Assembly: GCA_014763545.1 (NCBI GenBank)
Contig: JACXVD010000007.1
Coordinates: forward strand, 815 to 64,814
Reading direction: 5' to 3'
Length of the DNA: 64,000 nt
Origin: Sphingomonadales bacterium
GTDB taxonomy: Bacteria > Pseudomonadota > Alphaproteobacteria > Sphingomonadales > Sphingomonadaceae
This document shows, in pieces, positions 1-9,842 of the stretch. A program made the position numbers and the translations under genes. The first letter of the stretch is position 1. Each line of letters begins with the position of its first letter. Below the pieces are notes generated by a model. That model saw nothing but the letters and a program-made list of their open reading frames with translations. It had not been told where the DNA came from and made no database searches.

Positions 1-11
1 TGCTTGGGGCG

Positions 12-788
12 GTGCTGACAGTGTTTCCCGACATGGCTAAGTCCGCTGATTGGCATGAGCGGCTCAAGCGTGAGCGTGCGAATTATAAGATGGCGGCCCG
101 AAGCCTCACAGAGCGATTAGAAAAAGAAGCCGATGAACGAAACCGCGAGAACGTAGAGCTAGTTGGCAGGGCGTCCAATGCAGCGCGCCGTATCTTCGAT
201 CAAAAGCGGCGCAAATGGCGGGAAGTGCAGGAGCAATGGCAAAAAGGTGCGGCAATGGCTGTCGCAGACATTCGGGCGACGGAGTCTTCTTACAGAGAAT
301 ACATGCACCTACGTGGGCCGGTCGAGTATTGGGAGGGCAAAGCCGAAGAGCATAAAGATCGCGAGCGGGCCGCCCGTGAACGTCTTTACTGGTATTTTCC
401 AATCACCCTAATCATCATGACCGCCGCCTTCGTCTGGGCTGCTTGTTTCCTAATAAGCCACCCAGATACTGCTAGCTCCAAGGCTCCTGTCGCTCTCTAT
501 GTCGTGGTTTCAGGCGGATTACTTCTTCTCTCATCAATCGCATTCTGGATAGGGCGAATACTGACGAAGCTTTACTTAAGTGAACATCATCTTCGGAATG
601 ATGCGGAAGAGCGCGCAGTCATGGCCAAGACTTACTTGGCCCTCACCAACGATGGCGCTGCAACCGAAGCCGAAAGGCAGATCGTTTTGAACTCGTTATT
701 CCGCCCAACACCTGATGGGATCGTTAAAGATGACGGACCTACCGACGCCAGCTTGCAAGGCCTAATCGCGCGAATGGCGACAAAATAG
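12..788 (+). CDS. Hypothetical membrane protein: charged coiled-coil N-terminus, two TM helices, conserved C-terminal domain. The ORF is open to the window edge and may be 5'-truncated.
   Basis: Long ORF with lower GC than the rest of the window (hand counts 42-57% per line). Two hydrophobic helices (YWYFPITLIIMTAAFVWAACFLI, VALYVVVSGGLLLLSSIAFWIGRIL). No stop between nt 3 and 12 in frame. No family recognised with certainty. Confidence 0.6.
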   Translation: MLTVFPDMAKSADWHERLKRERANYKMAARSLTERLEKEADERNRENVELVGRASNAARRIFDQKRRKWREVQEQWQKGAAMAVADIRATESSYREYMHLRGPVEYWEGKAEEHKDRERAARERLYWYFPITLIIMTAAFVWAACFLISHPDTASSKAPVALYVVVSGGLLLLSSIAFWIGRILTKLYLSEHHLRNDAEERAVMAKTYLALTNDGAATEAERQIVLNSLFRPTPDGIVKDDGPTDASLQGLIARMATK

Positions 789-810
789 TGATGACGGTCT
801 CAGTTTGCCA

Positions 811-876
811 AATACATAAATTCCAGGGACAGTGAATTCCGGGAATTCCGGGGACACAATACATAACTCCGGGCCC
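811..876. repeat. Cluster of short direct repeats (AATACATAA-N-TTCC[A/G]GG twice; GAATTCCGGG tandem) at the low-GC/high-GC boundary
   Basis: Read directly: aatacataaattccaggg ... gaattccgggaattccgggg ... aatacataactccgggcc. Confidence 0.45.
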
Positions 877-1166
877 TGATCTGGATTACGGTCACCGTCG
901 CAACACCCCCTGCACACGCGGCGTATTTGAGCCGATTTTCCTACACGCACCCTGTCTGCTAGCGAACACTGCTCCTTTCGACAGGTTCCGGACATGCTTG
1001 CCCTCGCTCCATCCTCGCCCATCGCGAACGCGCGTTTCCGTCGCGCGGTCGAAGGTGACAGATTGTCGGGCGGAATCGCGCTGCAAGCCGCACAGGGCCT
1101 TGCTGCGCGGGGCTGGGGGAGTTTTCGAAAAGCGGGCTGTCGGCGTAACAGGACCCAGCCGGATGG

Positions 1167-1469
1167 CTAGGCCGACGCGCGCAGTTCGGCCCATTCGGGA
1201 TGGCGGCGGAACATCGCTTCGACATAGGAGCATTGCGGGTCGATGCGGAAACCCTGCTCGCGCGCATCGGCCACCAGCGCCTCGACCAGCGCGGCGGCAA
1301 TGCCGCGCCCGCCGATTTCGGGCGGCACCAGCGTGTGGTCGGCCACGCGCACCCCGTCACGCGCCTTCCAGGTCAGCTTGCCGACCTTGTCGCTGCCGGG
1401 GACATGCGCGGTATAGACCCCGCCGTGTTCGTGCCCGCGATAGGTGATGTCCAGTTCGTCTTGCGCCAT
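1167..1469 (-). CDS. GNAT-family N-acetyltransferase (small YjdJ-like type)
   Basis: Internal Met (MAQDELDITY...) chosen as start. C-terminal GGRGIAAALVEALVADAREQGFRIDPQCSY resembles the acetyl-CoA-binding core of small GNAT proteins. Confidence 0.7.
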   Translation of the reverse strand: MAQDELDITYRGHEHGGVYTAHVPGSDKVGKLTWKARDGVRVADHTLVPPEIGGRGIAAALVEALVADAREQGFRIDPQCSYVEAMFRRHPEWAELRASA

Positions 1470-1523
1470 CTGTCCGCGTTCTCCTGCTTGGCGATGAACG
1501 CGCCGCTCTCTAAGGGCGTTCCC

Positions 1524-2531
1524 ATGCAATTCCTTTCAGACAATGCCGCCGCCGTCCATCCCGCCGTCTGGCAGGCGATGAAGGATGTCGACGCCGCCGA
1601 TGCGCCCTATGATGGCGACCGTGCCTCTGCCGCGCTCGACGATGCGATGGCGATGGTGTTCGGCAAGGAAGTGGCGGTGCTGTGGGTCGCCACCGGCACG
1701 GCGGCCAATTGCCTCGCGCTCGCTGCCATGTGCCCGCCGCATGGCGCGGTCGCGTGCCACCGCGAGGCGCATATCGAGGTCGACGAAGGCGGCGCACCGG
1801 GCTTCTTCATGCATGGCGCCAAGCTGCTGCTGTGCGGCGCGAGCGACGGGAGCGACCATGCCAAGCTGACGCCCGCCAGCCTCGCCGCCACGCTCGACCC
1901 GATCCGCAACGATGTCCACCAGGTCCAGCCGCATGCGCTCTCGATTACGCAGGCGAGCGAATATGGCTGCGTCTATTCGCCGGGCGAGCTGGCCGCGCTG
2001 GATGCCGAATGCGGGCGGCGCGGGCTGGGCTTCCATATGGACGGGGCGCGCTTCGCCAATGCCGTGGCCTTCGCCAACCGGCCGCCTGCCGAGGTCGCCG
2101 GTCCGGTCGATGCACTGAGCTTCGGCTTCATCAAGAACGGGGGGATGAGCGCGGAGGCGATTGTCTTCTTCGACACCGCGCTGGCCGATGTCGTGCGCTA
2201 TCGCCGCAAGCGGGCCGGGCATCTGCAGAGCAAGGGCCGCTATCTCGCGGCGCAGATCCTCGCCATGCTGGAGGGCGATGTGTGGCTGCACAATGCCGCC
2301 GCCGCCAATGCCGCGGCCGCCGAAATCGGCACAGCCTGCGGCGAGCGGCTGCTGCATCCGGTGCAGGCGAACGAGCTGTTCGTCGCCCTGACCCCGGATG
2401 AGCGTGCCGCGCTGCGCGCGCAGGGCTTCGGCTTTTACGACTGGGGGGCCGATGCGGCGCGCTTCGTCACCGCGTGGAACACGCGCGCCGAAGACGCCGC
2501 CGCACTGGCGCGGGCGATCGCCGGCCTATGA
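1524..2531 (+). CDS. ltaE: Low-specificity L-threonine aldolase (beta-eliminating lyase family, PLP-dependent)
   Basis: MQFLSDNAAAVHPAVWQAM... N-terminus and overall similarity to LtaE. The upstream part of the 1200.. ORF is antisense to the GNAT gene. Confidence 0.85.
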   Translation: MQFLSDNAAAVHPAVWQAMKDVDAADAPYDGDRASAALDDAMAMVFGKEVAVLWVATGTAANCLALAAMCPPHGAVACHREAHIEVDEGGAPGFFMHGAKLLLCGASDGSDHAKLTPASLAATLDPIRNDVHQVQPHALSITQASEYGCVYSPGELAALDAECGRRGLGFHMDGARFANAVAFANRPPAEVAGPVDALSFGFIKNGGMSAEAIVFFDTALADVVRYRRKRAGHLQSKGRYLAAQILAMLEGDVWLHNAAAANAAAAEIGTACGERLLHPVQANELFVALTPDERAALRAQGFGFYDWGADAARFVTAWNTRAEDAAALARAIAGL

Positions 2532-3451
2532 GCGAACCCGAACGGCACGCGCTGCTGCAGCCGCGCATCGCCCTGCCCTTCCTGCTGGTCACCCTGATCT
2601 GGGGCTCGACCTGGCTGGTGATCAAGGACCAGCTCGGGATGGCCCCGGCGAGCTGGTCGGTCACCTGGCGCTTTGCCATCGCGGCGGTCGGCATGGCGCT
2701 GCTCGCGCTGGTGCGGGGCGAGCGGCTGATGCTCGACCGGCAGGGGCAGATCGTCGCGATCGCGCTGGGCCTCACGCAGTTCTGCTTCAACTTCAATTTC
2801 GTCTACCGCGCCGAACAGCACCTGACATCGGGGCTGGTGGCGGTGCTGTTCGGCATCCTGATGGTGCCCAATGCACTGCTGGGTCGGCTGGTCCTGAAGA
2901 CGCCGATCACCCGCGGCTTCATGGCCGGGTCTGCGATCGGGCTGGCGGGCATCGCGCTGATGCTGGTGCACGAAGCGCGCATGGCCCCGCCCGAAGGCAA
3001 GGTCTGGCTGGGTATCGCGCTGACATTGCTGGCGATCCTGTGCGCATCGAGCGCCAATGTGCTGCAGGCGACGCCGGTCGCCGGGCGCCAGCGGCTGCTG
3101 CCGTTGCTCGCCTGGGCGCTGCTGTGGGGGGCGCTGGCCGATGCGGCGATCGCGTGGCTCACCGCCGGGCCGCCGGTAATCCCTGCCGACCTGCGCTATT
3201 GGGCGGGGGTGAGCTATCTCGGCATCGTCGGTTCGGTGCTGACCTTCCCGCTCTATTTCATGCTGATCCGCGAACTCGGGCCGGGCCGGGCGGCTTACAA
3301 CGGGGTGGCGGTGCCGGTGGTGGCGATGCTGCTGTCAACCCTGTTCGAAGCCTATCAGTGGTCGCTGCTGGCCGCCGCAGGCGGCGCGCTGGCGCTGCTC
3401 GGCATGGCGGTTGCGCTAAGGGCGCGCAATCCCGTGCGGAAGTCGGGGTAG
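2528..3451 (+). CDS. EamA/DMT-family transporter
   Basis: About 10 predicted TM helices with a typical EamA repeat architecture. The ATG overlaps the ltaE stop (ATGA). Confidence 0.8.
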   Translation: MSEPERHALLQPRIALPFLLVTLIWGSTWLVIKDQLGMAPASWSVTWRFAIAAVGMALLALVRGERLMLDRQGQIVAIALGLTQFCFNFNFVYRAEQHLTSGLVAVLFGILMVPNALLGRLVLKTPITRGFMAGSAIGLAGIALMLVHEARMAPPEGKVWLGIALTLLAILCASSANVLQATPVAGRQRLLPLLAWALLWGALADAAIAWLTAGPPVIPADLRYWAGVSYLGIVGSVLTFPLYFMLIRELGPGRAAYNGVAVPVVAMLLSTLFEAYQWSLLAAAGGALALLGMAVALRARNPVRKSG

Positions 3452-4188
3452 GCGGGGCGCCAGCCGAGCTCTCGCCGGGCCTTGCCGTTGGCGATGCGGC
3501 GGTTCTCGGCATAGAAGCCGCGCGCCATGGCGCTGAGCCCGGCCTCGTCCATCGTCTGCAGCGGCGGCGGGGCGAGGGCGAGCAGGCGGCAGGCTTCCTC
3601 GATCACCAGATTCTGGCTGCAGGGCAGATCGTCGGCGAGGTTGTAGGCACCCGGCGCAGCATCGCACTCGATCGCGGCGATCACGCCGCTGGCGATATCG
3701 TCCACATGCACCCGGCTGAACACCTGCCCCGGCAGGTCGATTCGATGCGCCTTGCCTGCGCGAACCCGGTCGAGCGCGCTGCGCCCCGGGCCGTAGATGC
3801 CCGGCAGGCGGAACACCCGCGCGCCCGCCGCCAGCCAGGCGGAATCGCAGGCAACCCGGGCGCCCCGCCGCCCGCCGGTCGGCGCTCTCTCGTCCACCCA
3901 CGCCCCGCCGGTATCGCCATAGACACCGGTGGAGGAGAGATAGCCGAGCCATTTGCCGCCCAGCAGCGCGCCGTATGCGTCCAGTACCGGGTCGCGACCG
4001 TCCTCTCCCGGCGGGACCGAGGAGAGCACATGACTGGCAGCACCCAGTGCGCGGGCCACGCCCTCCCGGTCCGCGAAGGCGAGACTGCCGGCGCTGCCGG
4101 TCGCATCGACCTGCCAGCCCTGCGCGGCCAGCCGGGCGGCGATGCGCGATGCGGTATAGCCGAGGCCGAAGACGAACAGGCGGGTCAT
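3355..4188 (-). CDS. NAD(P)-binding SDR/epimerase-family protein
   Basis: MTRLFVFGLGYTASRIAARL Rossmann-like N-terminus and epimerase-like core (STGVYGD). Start chosen at the internal Met. Its 3' end overlaps the convergent EamA gene. Confidence 0.7.
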   Translation of the reverse strand: MTRLFVFGLGYTASRIAARLAAQGWQVDATGSAGSLAFADREGVARALGAASHVLSSVPPGEDGRDPVLDAYGALLGGKWLGYLSSTGVYGDTGGAWVDERAPTGGRRGARVACDSAWLAAGARVFRLPGIYGPGRSALDRVRAGKAHRIDLPGQVFSRVHVDDIASGVIAAIECDAAPGAYNLADDLPCSQNLVIEEACRLLALAPPPLQTMDEAGLSAMARGFYAENRRIANGKARRELGWRPAYPDFRTGLRALSATAMPSSASAPPAAASSDH

Positions 4189-5459
4189 TCGGGCTTGGCA
4201 ATAGCTCCTGCGTCCTCGCCGAGATAGCCCGCAGGCGGATGTTCGATGGTGGCGCCGGGCACGTGGTCCTTCTTCCACTGCATCGCCATGCGCACGCGGG
4301 TCGCGCCCGAAGGATGGTCGAAGAACAGGAATTCCTCGACCGGGCCGGGTTCGATCTTGCGATATTCCGACAGGCGCATCGCCACTCGCGCGAAGCCGTC
4401 CGGCGCACGCGCGGCGTCCAACCCGAAGGCATCGGCGGCGCTCTCGTCCACCCGCACCATGGTGTTGAACGCCGGGGTGGCGAGCAGGAAGAATGCGCCC
4501 AGCAATATGCCCAGCACCGGCATCGACGCGGGGTCGGCCACATCGCGCACACCCCAGGCGCTGCCCCAACGGGCGATCATCATCGGGGCCAGTCGCGAGA
4601 CGATGAACAGACCGCTGGCGAACAGGACGAAGACGAAGCCCAGCAGGTACCAGACGTGGTTGAGCTTGTAGTGGCCCATCTCGTGGGCCATCACCGCCAT
4701 GATCTCCGGTTCGCTGGTACGGTTAAGCAGATTGTCGTTCAGCGAGATACGGATGGTGGGACCGATGCCCGACACATTGGCAGAAATCCGCTTGTGCTGC
4801 TTCGACTGGTCGAAGACGTAGATGTGGTCCGCCGGAATGTCGTAATTCCCGGCCATCGCCACGATTTTGTCGCGCAGCGGCCCGGAGGGCATCTCGGTGT
4901 AGGTGTTGAACAGCGGCGCGATATAGACCGGGGCGATCAGCATGCCGATCGCGGCGAACACCACCACCACCCCGGTGCCCCACAGCCACCAGCGGCGCGG
5001 TGCCTTGCGAATGACGAGGTAGATCAGCGCGATCAGCAACGGCTGCAGCGCCAGCCCGATGGCCAGATCGGTCGCCTGTTCGCCGAACCAGCCGCCAAAG
5101 CCCATGCTCATCAGGTCGTATTGCTTCTCGCGGATGAAGCCGGTGTAGATCGTCCACGGCAGCAGCAACACCCAGCCCACCAGCGTATAAAGCAGCGCGG
5201 TAACCCAGGCGATGGGAAACGGACGGCGGAAGAAACGTTCGCCCACATCGCGGAACCGCGCCGACAGGCGAAAGCGCAGCAGGAGCCCATCGACCACGAA
5301 GCCCACCAGCGCACCCCACAGGATCAACCAGTAGCCGCCTTCGAAATAGGCATCGGACTTGGCGCGCGCGGCACCTTGCAACGTGTCGAGATAGACGCGG
5401 GTCGCGGCATCGACATCGAAGCCGCCGCTCTGCGCGGCAGCCATCAGGTCAAGTATCAT
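4185..5459 (-). CDS. M48-family zinc metallopeptidase (Ste24/HtpX-like), membrane-bound
   Basis: HEMGHYKLNH (HExxH) motif and multiple TM helices. 4-nt overlap with the downstream SDR gene. Confidence 0.85.
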   Translation of the reverse strand: MILDLMAAAQSGGFDVDAATRVYLDTLQGAARAKSDAYFEGGYWLILWGALVGFVVDGLLLRFRLSARFRDVGERFFRRPFPIAWVTALLYTLVGWVLLLPWTIYTGFIREKQYDLMSMGFGGWFGEQATDLAIGLALQPLLIALIYLVIRKAPRRWWLWGTGVVVVFAAIGMLIAPVYIAPLFNTYTEMPSGPLRDKIVAMAGNYDIPADHIYVFDQSKQHKRISANVSGIGPTIRISLNDNLLNRTSEPEIMAVMAHEMGHYKLNHVWYLLGFVFVLFASGLFIVSRLAPMMIARWGSAWGVRDVADPASMPVLGILLGAFFLLATPAFNTMVRVDESAADAFGLDAARAPDGFARVAMRLSEYRKIEPGPVEEFLFFDHPSGATRVRMAMQWKKDHVPGATIEHPPAGYLGEDAGAIAKPE

Positions 5460-5602
5460 GGGTAAGCCCTCCTCCCGCGATGCTGCGTCCAGGGCAAGAT
5501 ACTGTCAATCGGGCGCAATATTCCCGATCTGCCAGCGCCCGGCACGGATCGACCGGCGTCGTGGGCATTGGACCGCGCGCAGAAAGATTCTAAAGACGCG
5601 CC

Positions 5603-8257
5603 ATGGACATCGCTCGCACCCCCTCGAACCCCGACGGCAATCCCGAAATGGCCGATGCCGCGCCGCACCCCGCACCCCCGCCGCTGATCCGGCGCGAAGA
5701 TTACCGGCCCTATGGCTGGCGCGTGCCGCAGGTGGAATTGCGCTTCGAACTGGGCATCGAACAGACGCGGGTGCGCAGCACGATGAGCGTCGAGCGCAAT
5801 CCGGCGGCGGAACGGACGCCGGTGATGCGGCTCAATGGCGATGGGCTGGTGGCGATCGGCGTGTGGGTCGATGGCGAACCGTGCAGCGGCTGGGCGATGG
5901 AGGGCGACGACTTGCTGCTCACCCTGCCGGGCGACGCGCACGAGGTGGCGATCGAAACCGAGATCGCACCGGCCGCCAACAGCCAGCTGATGGGGCTCTA
6001 CGCCTCTTCGGGCATGCTCTGCACCCAGTGTGAGGCCGAAGGGTTCCGCCGGATCACCTTCTTCCCCGACCGGCCCGATGTGCTGTCGACCTACCGCGTC
6101 CATATGGCAGGCGACAAGGCGCGCTTTCCGGTGCTGCTGGCCAACGGCAACCTGGTGGCGCAAGGCGCAGGCGAGGATGGCACGCATTGGGCCGAATGGC
6201 ACGATCCCTGGCCCAAGCCGTCGTATCTCTTCGCGCTGGTGGCGGGCGATCTCGTGGCCAATCGCGACAGCTTCACCACCATGAGCGGGCGCGCGGTGGA
6301 CCTGGCGATCTGGGTGCGCGAGGGCGACCTGCCGCGCACCGACCACGCGATGCTGTCCCTCAAGAAGAGCATGGAGTGGGACGAGGAGGTGTTCGGCCGC
6401 GAATACGACCTCGACGTGTTCAACATCGTTGCTGTGTCCGATTTCAACATGGGCGCGATGGAGAACAAGGGGCTCAATATCTTCAACACGAAATACGTCC
6501 TCGCCGATCCGGAAACCGCCACCGACGGCGATTTCGACGCGGTAGAGGGCGTGATTGCGCATGAATATTTCCACAATTGGTCGGGCAACCGGGTCACCTG
6601 CCGCGACTGGTTCCAGCTGAGCCTGAAGGAAGGCTTCACCGTGCTGCGCGACCAGCTGTTCAGCCAGGACATGGGCAGCGCGCCGGTCAAGCGGATCGAG
6701 GATGTGCGGCTGCTGCGCGGTGTGCAGTTCCCCGAGGATTCGGGGCCGCTGGCGCATCCGATCCGGCCCGATTCCTACCAGGAAATCTCCAATTTCTATA
6801 CCGCCACGGTCTATAACAAGGGGGCCGAGGTGATCCGCATGATGCGGACCATGGCCGGGCCCGAAGCCTTCCGGAAGGGCTGCGACCTCTATTTCGAGCG
6901 GCACGACGGCGAAGCAGCGACCTGCGAGGATTTCGTCAAGGCGATCGAGGACGGGACGGGAATGGACCTGTCGCGCTTCCGCCTGTGGTATTCGCAGGCC
7001 GGCACGCCCAAGGTCGACGTGACACTGACCCATTCGGGCGATGTCGCGCGGCTGGCGCTGAAACAGACGGTGCCGCCCACACCCGGCCAGCCCGCCAAGC
7101 AGCCGATGCCGATCCCGCTCAGGCTCGCCCTGTTCGATCGTGCCACCGGCACCCATACGGGGGAACGGCTGGTGATGCTGGAGGGCGCCGAACTGGCGCT
7201 CGATTTCGAAGGCTGGGCGCAGCCACCGGTGGTGTCGATCAATCGCGGCTATTCGGCGCCGGTGACGATCGAGCGGAGTGTGGCGCGCGAAGACCTGGTG
7301 TTCCTTGCCGCGCATGACGACGATCCCTTCGCCCGTTACGAGGCGATGCAGGAACTGGTCGTCTCGCACCTCGTCGCCGCGGTGGGCGAAGGGCTCGATC
7401 CGGCGACCCGCGAGCAGGGCGAAGCTGCCGTGGTGCAGGCCTTTGCCGCCGTGCTGGCCGATGCTGCGCTCGACGATCTGATGCGCGGCGAGCTGATGAT
7501 CCTGCCGACGCAGAGCTATCTGGCCGAACAATTGCTGGTCGCCGATCCGGGCCGCATCCACGCCGAACGCGAAGCGCTGAAGCGCCGCATCGGTTCGGCG
7601 CTCGAAGGCCCGCTGGGCGCGCTGCATGCCGCTTCGAGTGCGGTGCCGTATTCCTTGGCGGCGGAAGCGCGCGGTGCACGCAAGGTCAAGACGCAGGCGC
7701 TGGTCTATCTCGCCGCGGGGAATCCCGCGCTGGCTGCCAAACTGGCCGCCGCGCAATATGACGCCGCCGACAATATGACCGACCGGCAGGGCGCGTTGAT
7801 GGTGCTGGCCGGGCTTGAATGCCCCGAACGGACCGCGCGGCTGCTCGATTTCTACAACCGTTATCGCGACAATGCGCTGGTGGTCGACAAATGGTTCGCG
7901 CTGCAGGCGTCCAGCCTCCATCCGCAGGCGTTGGCGCATGTCATGGCGCTGGCCGAGCATCCCGACTTCACCCTGCGCAACCCCAACCGCGTGCGCTCGC
8001 TCTACATGGCCTTTGCCGGCAATCCGGCTGCGTTCCATGCGGCGGATGGGCAGGGGTATCGGATCGTCGCCGACCTGATCCTGGCGCTCGATCCGATCAA
8101 TCCGCAGACGGCGGCGCGTTTCGTGCCTCCGCTCGGGCGGTGGCGGCGGATCGAACCGGGGCGGGCGGCGCTGATGCGGGCCGAACTGGAACGGGTCGCC
8201 GCTGCGCCGAGCCTGTCGCGCGACACCTATGAACAGGTCACCCGCAGCCTTGGCTGA
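5603..8257 (+). CDS. pepN: Aminopeptidase N (M1 family)
   Basis: GAMENKGLNIFN exopeptidase motif and HEYFHNWSGNRVT zinc motif. Length is about 880 aa. Confidence 0.95.
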   Translation: MDIARTPSNPDGNPEMADAAPHPAPPPLIRREDYRPYGWRVPQVELRFELGIEQTRVRSTMSVERNPAAERTPVMRLNGDGLVAIGVWVDGEPCSGWAMEGDDLLLTLPGDAHEVAIETEIAPAANSQLMGLYASSGMLCTQCEAEGFRRITFFPDRPDVLSTYRVHMAGDKARFPVLLANGNLVAQGAGEDGTHWAEWHDPWPKPSYLFALVAGDLVANRDSFTTMSGRAVDLAIWVREGDLPRTDHAMLSLKKSMEWDEEVFGREYDLDVFNIVAVSDFNMGAMENKGLNIFNTKYVLADPETATDGDFDAVEGVIAHEYFHNWSGNRVTCRDWFQLSLKEGFTVLRDQLFSQDMGSAPVKRIEDVRLLRGVQFPEDSGPLAHPIRPDSYQEISNFYTATVYNKGAEVIRMMRTMAGPEAFRKGCDLYFERHDGEAATCEDFVKAIEDGTGMDLSRFRLWYSQAGTPKVDVTLTHSGDVARLALKQTVPPTPGQPAKQPMPIPLRLALFDRATGTHTGERLVMLEGAELALDFEGWAQPPVVSINRGYSAPVTIERSVAREDLVFLAAHDDDPFARYEAMQELVVSHLVAAVGEGLDPATREQGEAAVVQAFAAVLADAALDDLMRGELMILPTQSYLAEQLLVADPGRIHAEREALKRRIGSALEGPLGALHAASSAVPYSLAAEARGARKVKTQALVYLAAGNPALAAKLAAAQYDAADNMTDRQGALMVLAGLECPERTARLLDFYNRYRDNALVVDKWFALQASSLHPQALAHVMALAEHPDFTLRNPNRVRSLYMAFAGNPAAFHAADGQGYRIVADLILALDPINPQTAARFVPPLGRWRRIEPGRAALMRAELERVAAAPSLSRDTYEQVTRSLG

Positions 8258-9008
8258 CACCGTGGAGGCGATCCGCGCCGAAAGTCTGGCAGGCGTCCGC
8301 CACGCCTTCCTGGGGCGCCGGGGCGGGGTCAGCCAGGGGCTCGTCGCCGGGCTGAACGTGGGCTTCGGTGCGGATGACGACGATCGCGCAGTCGAGGAAA
8401 ACCGCCGCCGCGCGGTCGCCGCGGTGGCGCCGGGGGCGCAGCTGGTCACCTGTTACCAGGTCCATTCGCCAGAGGCGGTGATCGTGAGCGAGGCATGGAG
8501 CCACGACCAGCGCCCGCGCGCCGATGCGCTGGTTACCGACCGGCCTGGGCTGGTGCTGGGGATCGTCACCGCCGATTGCGCGCCGGTGCTGCTGGCGGAC
8601 CGGGAGACGGGGGTGGTCGCGGCGGCCCATGCGGGCTGGCGGGGCGCGCATGGCGGGGTGATCGAGGCGAGCGTTGCGGCGATGGAGCAGCTCGGCGCCC
8701 GGCCCGCCCGCATTGCTGCAGCGATCGGCCCGTGCATCGCGCAGGAAAGCTACGAGGTCGATGCGCGGTTTCGCGACAATTTCACCGCCGCAGACGACCG
8801 TTTTTTCGCGCCCGGTCGTGCGGATCACTGGCAGTTCGACCTCGAAGCCTATGTCGCCGCCCGGCTGCAGGCCGCCGGGGTCGGGCAGGTCGAGCCGCTG
8901 GGTCTCGATACCTATGGCGAGGAATCGCGCTTCTATTCCTTCCGCCGCGCTACCCACCGGGATGAGCCGACCTATGGCCGGCAATTTTCGCTGATCGCCT
9001 GCGATTGA
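8229..9008 (+). CDS. pgeF: Peptidoglycan editing factor PgeF / YfiH (DUF152) family
   Basis: HAFLGRRGGVS ... TADCAPVLL ... AHAGWRG ... FYSFRR motifs. The real start may be the GTG at 8262, just after the pepN stop. Confidence 0.85.
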   Translation: MNRSPAALADTVEAIRAESLAGVRHAFLGRRGGVSQGLVAGLNVGFGADDDDRAVEENRRRAVAAVAPGAQLVTCYQVHSPEAVIVSEAWSHDQRPRADALVTDRPGLVLGIVTADCAPVLLADRETGVVAAAHAGWRGAHGGVIEASVAAMEQLGARPARIAAAIGPCIAQESYEVDARFRDNFTAADDRFFAPGRADHWQFDLEAYVAARLQAAGVGQVEPLGLDTYGEESRFYSFRRATHRDEPTYGRQFSLIACD

Positions 9009-9249
9009 ACGCCGCCTTGCCGCCTGCGAACGAGTCGCACCTTCGCGCATGGGGCGAAGTGGTGGAAAAATGGCGGTTGGCAAGGTGCGCCATAGCAGCT
9101 ACAGGCTCGCCCAAACCGGCACATGCGCACTTGCTTATGCAGTGTCATGTGTGCCGCGGACGGGGGTCTTTCTTCAACGCGGCGCGGTTGCAAATTCTTG
9201 GAAGGTCCCGCCTTCCCGGGCGGGTCGCATGCAAGCAAGGTCAGGTCTG

Positions 9250-9822
9250 ATGACGGAAACGACTGTCACCGCGAACTCCGTAGAAGGTGCCGAAGGCACC
9301 GACGGGGTCCGTCGGCGCGATTTCATCAATGTCGCGGCGGTCAGCGCCGCCGGTGCCGGTGCGGCGGTGGTTCTGCTGCCGCTGATCAGCCAGATGGCGC
9401 CGTCGGCCGACGTGCTCGCCGAAAGCTCGACCGAAGTCGACGTTTCGGGGATCGAAGTCGGGCAGGCGATCAAGGCGGTGTTCCGCAAGCAGCCGCTGTT
9501 CGTCCGCCGGCTGACCCCCAAGGAAATCGAGGAAGCGAACGCGGTCGACATCAATTCGCTGCGCGACCCGCAGACGCTGGCCGAACGCACCAAGGAAGGG
9601 CATCTCGACATGCTCATCACCATGGGCGTGTGCACCCATCTGGGCTGCGTGCCGCTGGGTGCGGGCGAGGGTGAGAACAAGGGCCCCTTCGGTGGCTATT
9701 TCTGCCCCTGCCACGGTTCGGCCTACGACACCGCTGCGCGCATCCGCCAGGGCCCGGCGCCGAAGAATCTCGAAGTTCCGCCCTATGAATTCACTTCCGA
9801 CACTGTCGTGAAGGTCGGCTGA
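9250..9822 (+). CDS. petA: Ubiquinol-cytochrome c reductase Rieske iron-sulfur subunit
   Basis: Twin-arginine-like RRRDFI leader. Rieske motifs CTHLGC and CPCHGS. Confidence 0.95.
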   Translation: MTETTVTANSVEGAEGTDGVRRRDFINVAAVSAAGAGAAVVLLPLISQMAPSADVLAESSTEVDVSGIEVGQAIKAVFRKQPLFVRRLTPKEIEEANAVDINSLRDPQTLAERTKEGHLDMLITMGVCTHLGCVPLGAGEGENKGPFGGYFCPCHGSAYDTAARIRQGPAPKNLEVPPYEFTSDTVVKVG

Positions 9823-9842
9823 GGAAGAGGAAAGAGACTGTC

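Noticed and set aside
880-1166. Looked for a tRNA or tRNA fragment (an island attachment site) in the non-coding stretch after the left low-GC patch.
   Set aside because: No cloverleaf or T-arm (GGTTCGAAT-like) signature was found on either strand.
5456-8449. Very long antisense ORFs: 997 aa opposite pepN; 749 aa opposite petABC at 9783..12032; 822 aa opposite pheT at 48326..50794; 604 aa opposite argD/argF at 61345..63159; 566 aa opposite selO at 15255..16955.
   Set aside because: Their translations are Arg/Ala/Gly/Pro-rich low-complexity with no recognisable motifs. The opposite strand encodes unmistakable conserved proteins. These are typical shadow ORFs of high-GC DNA.
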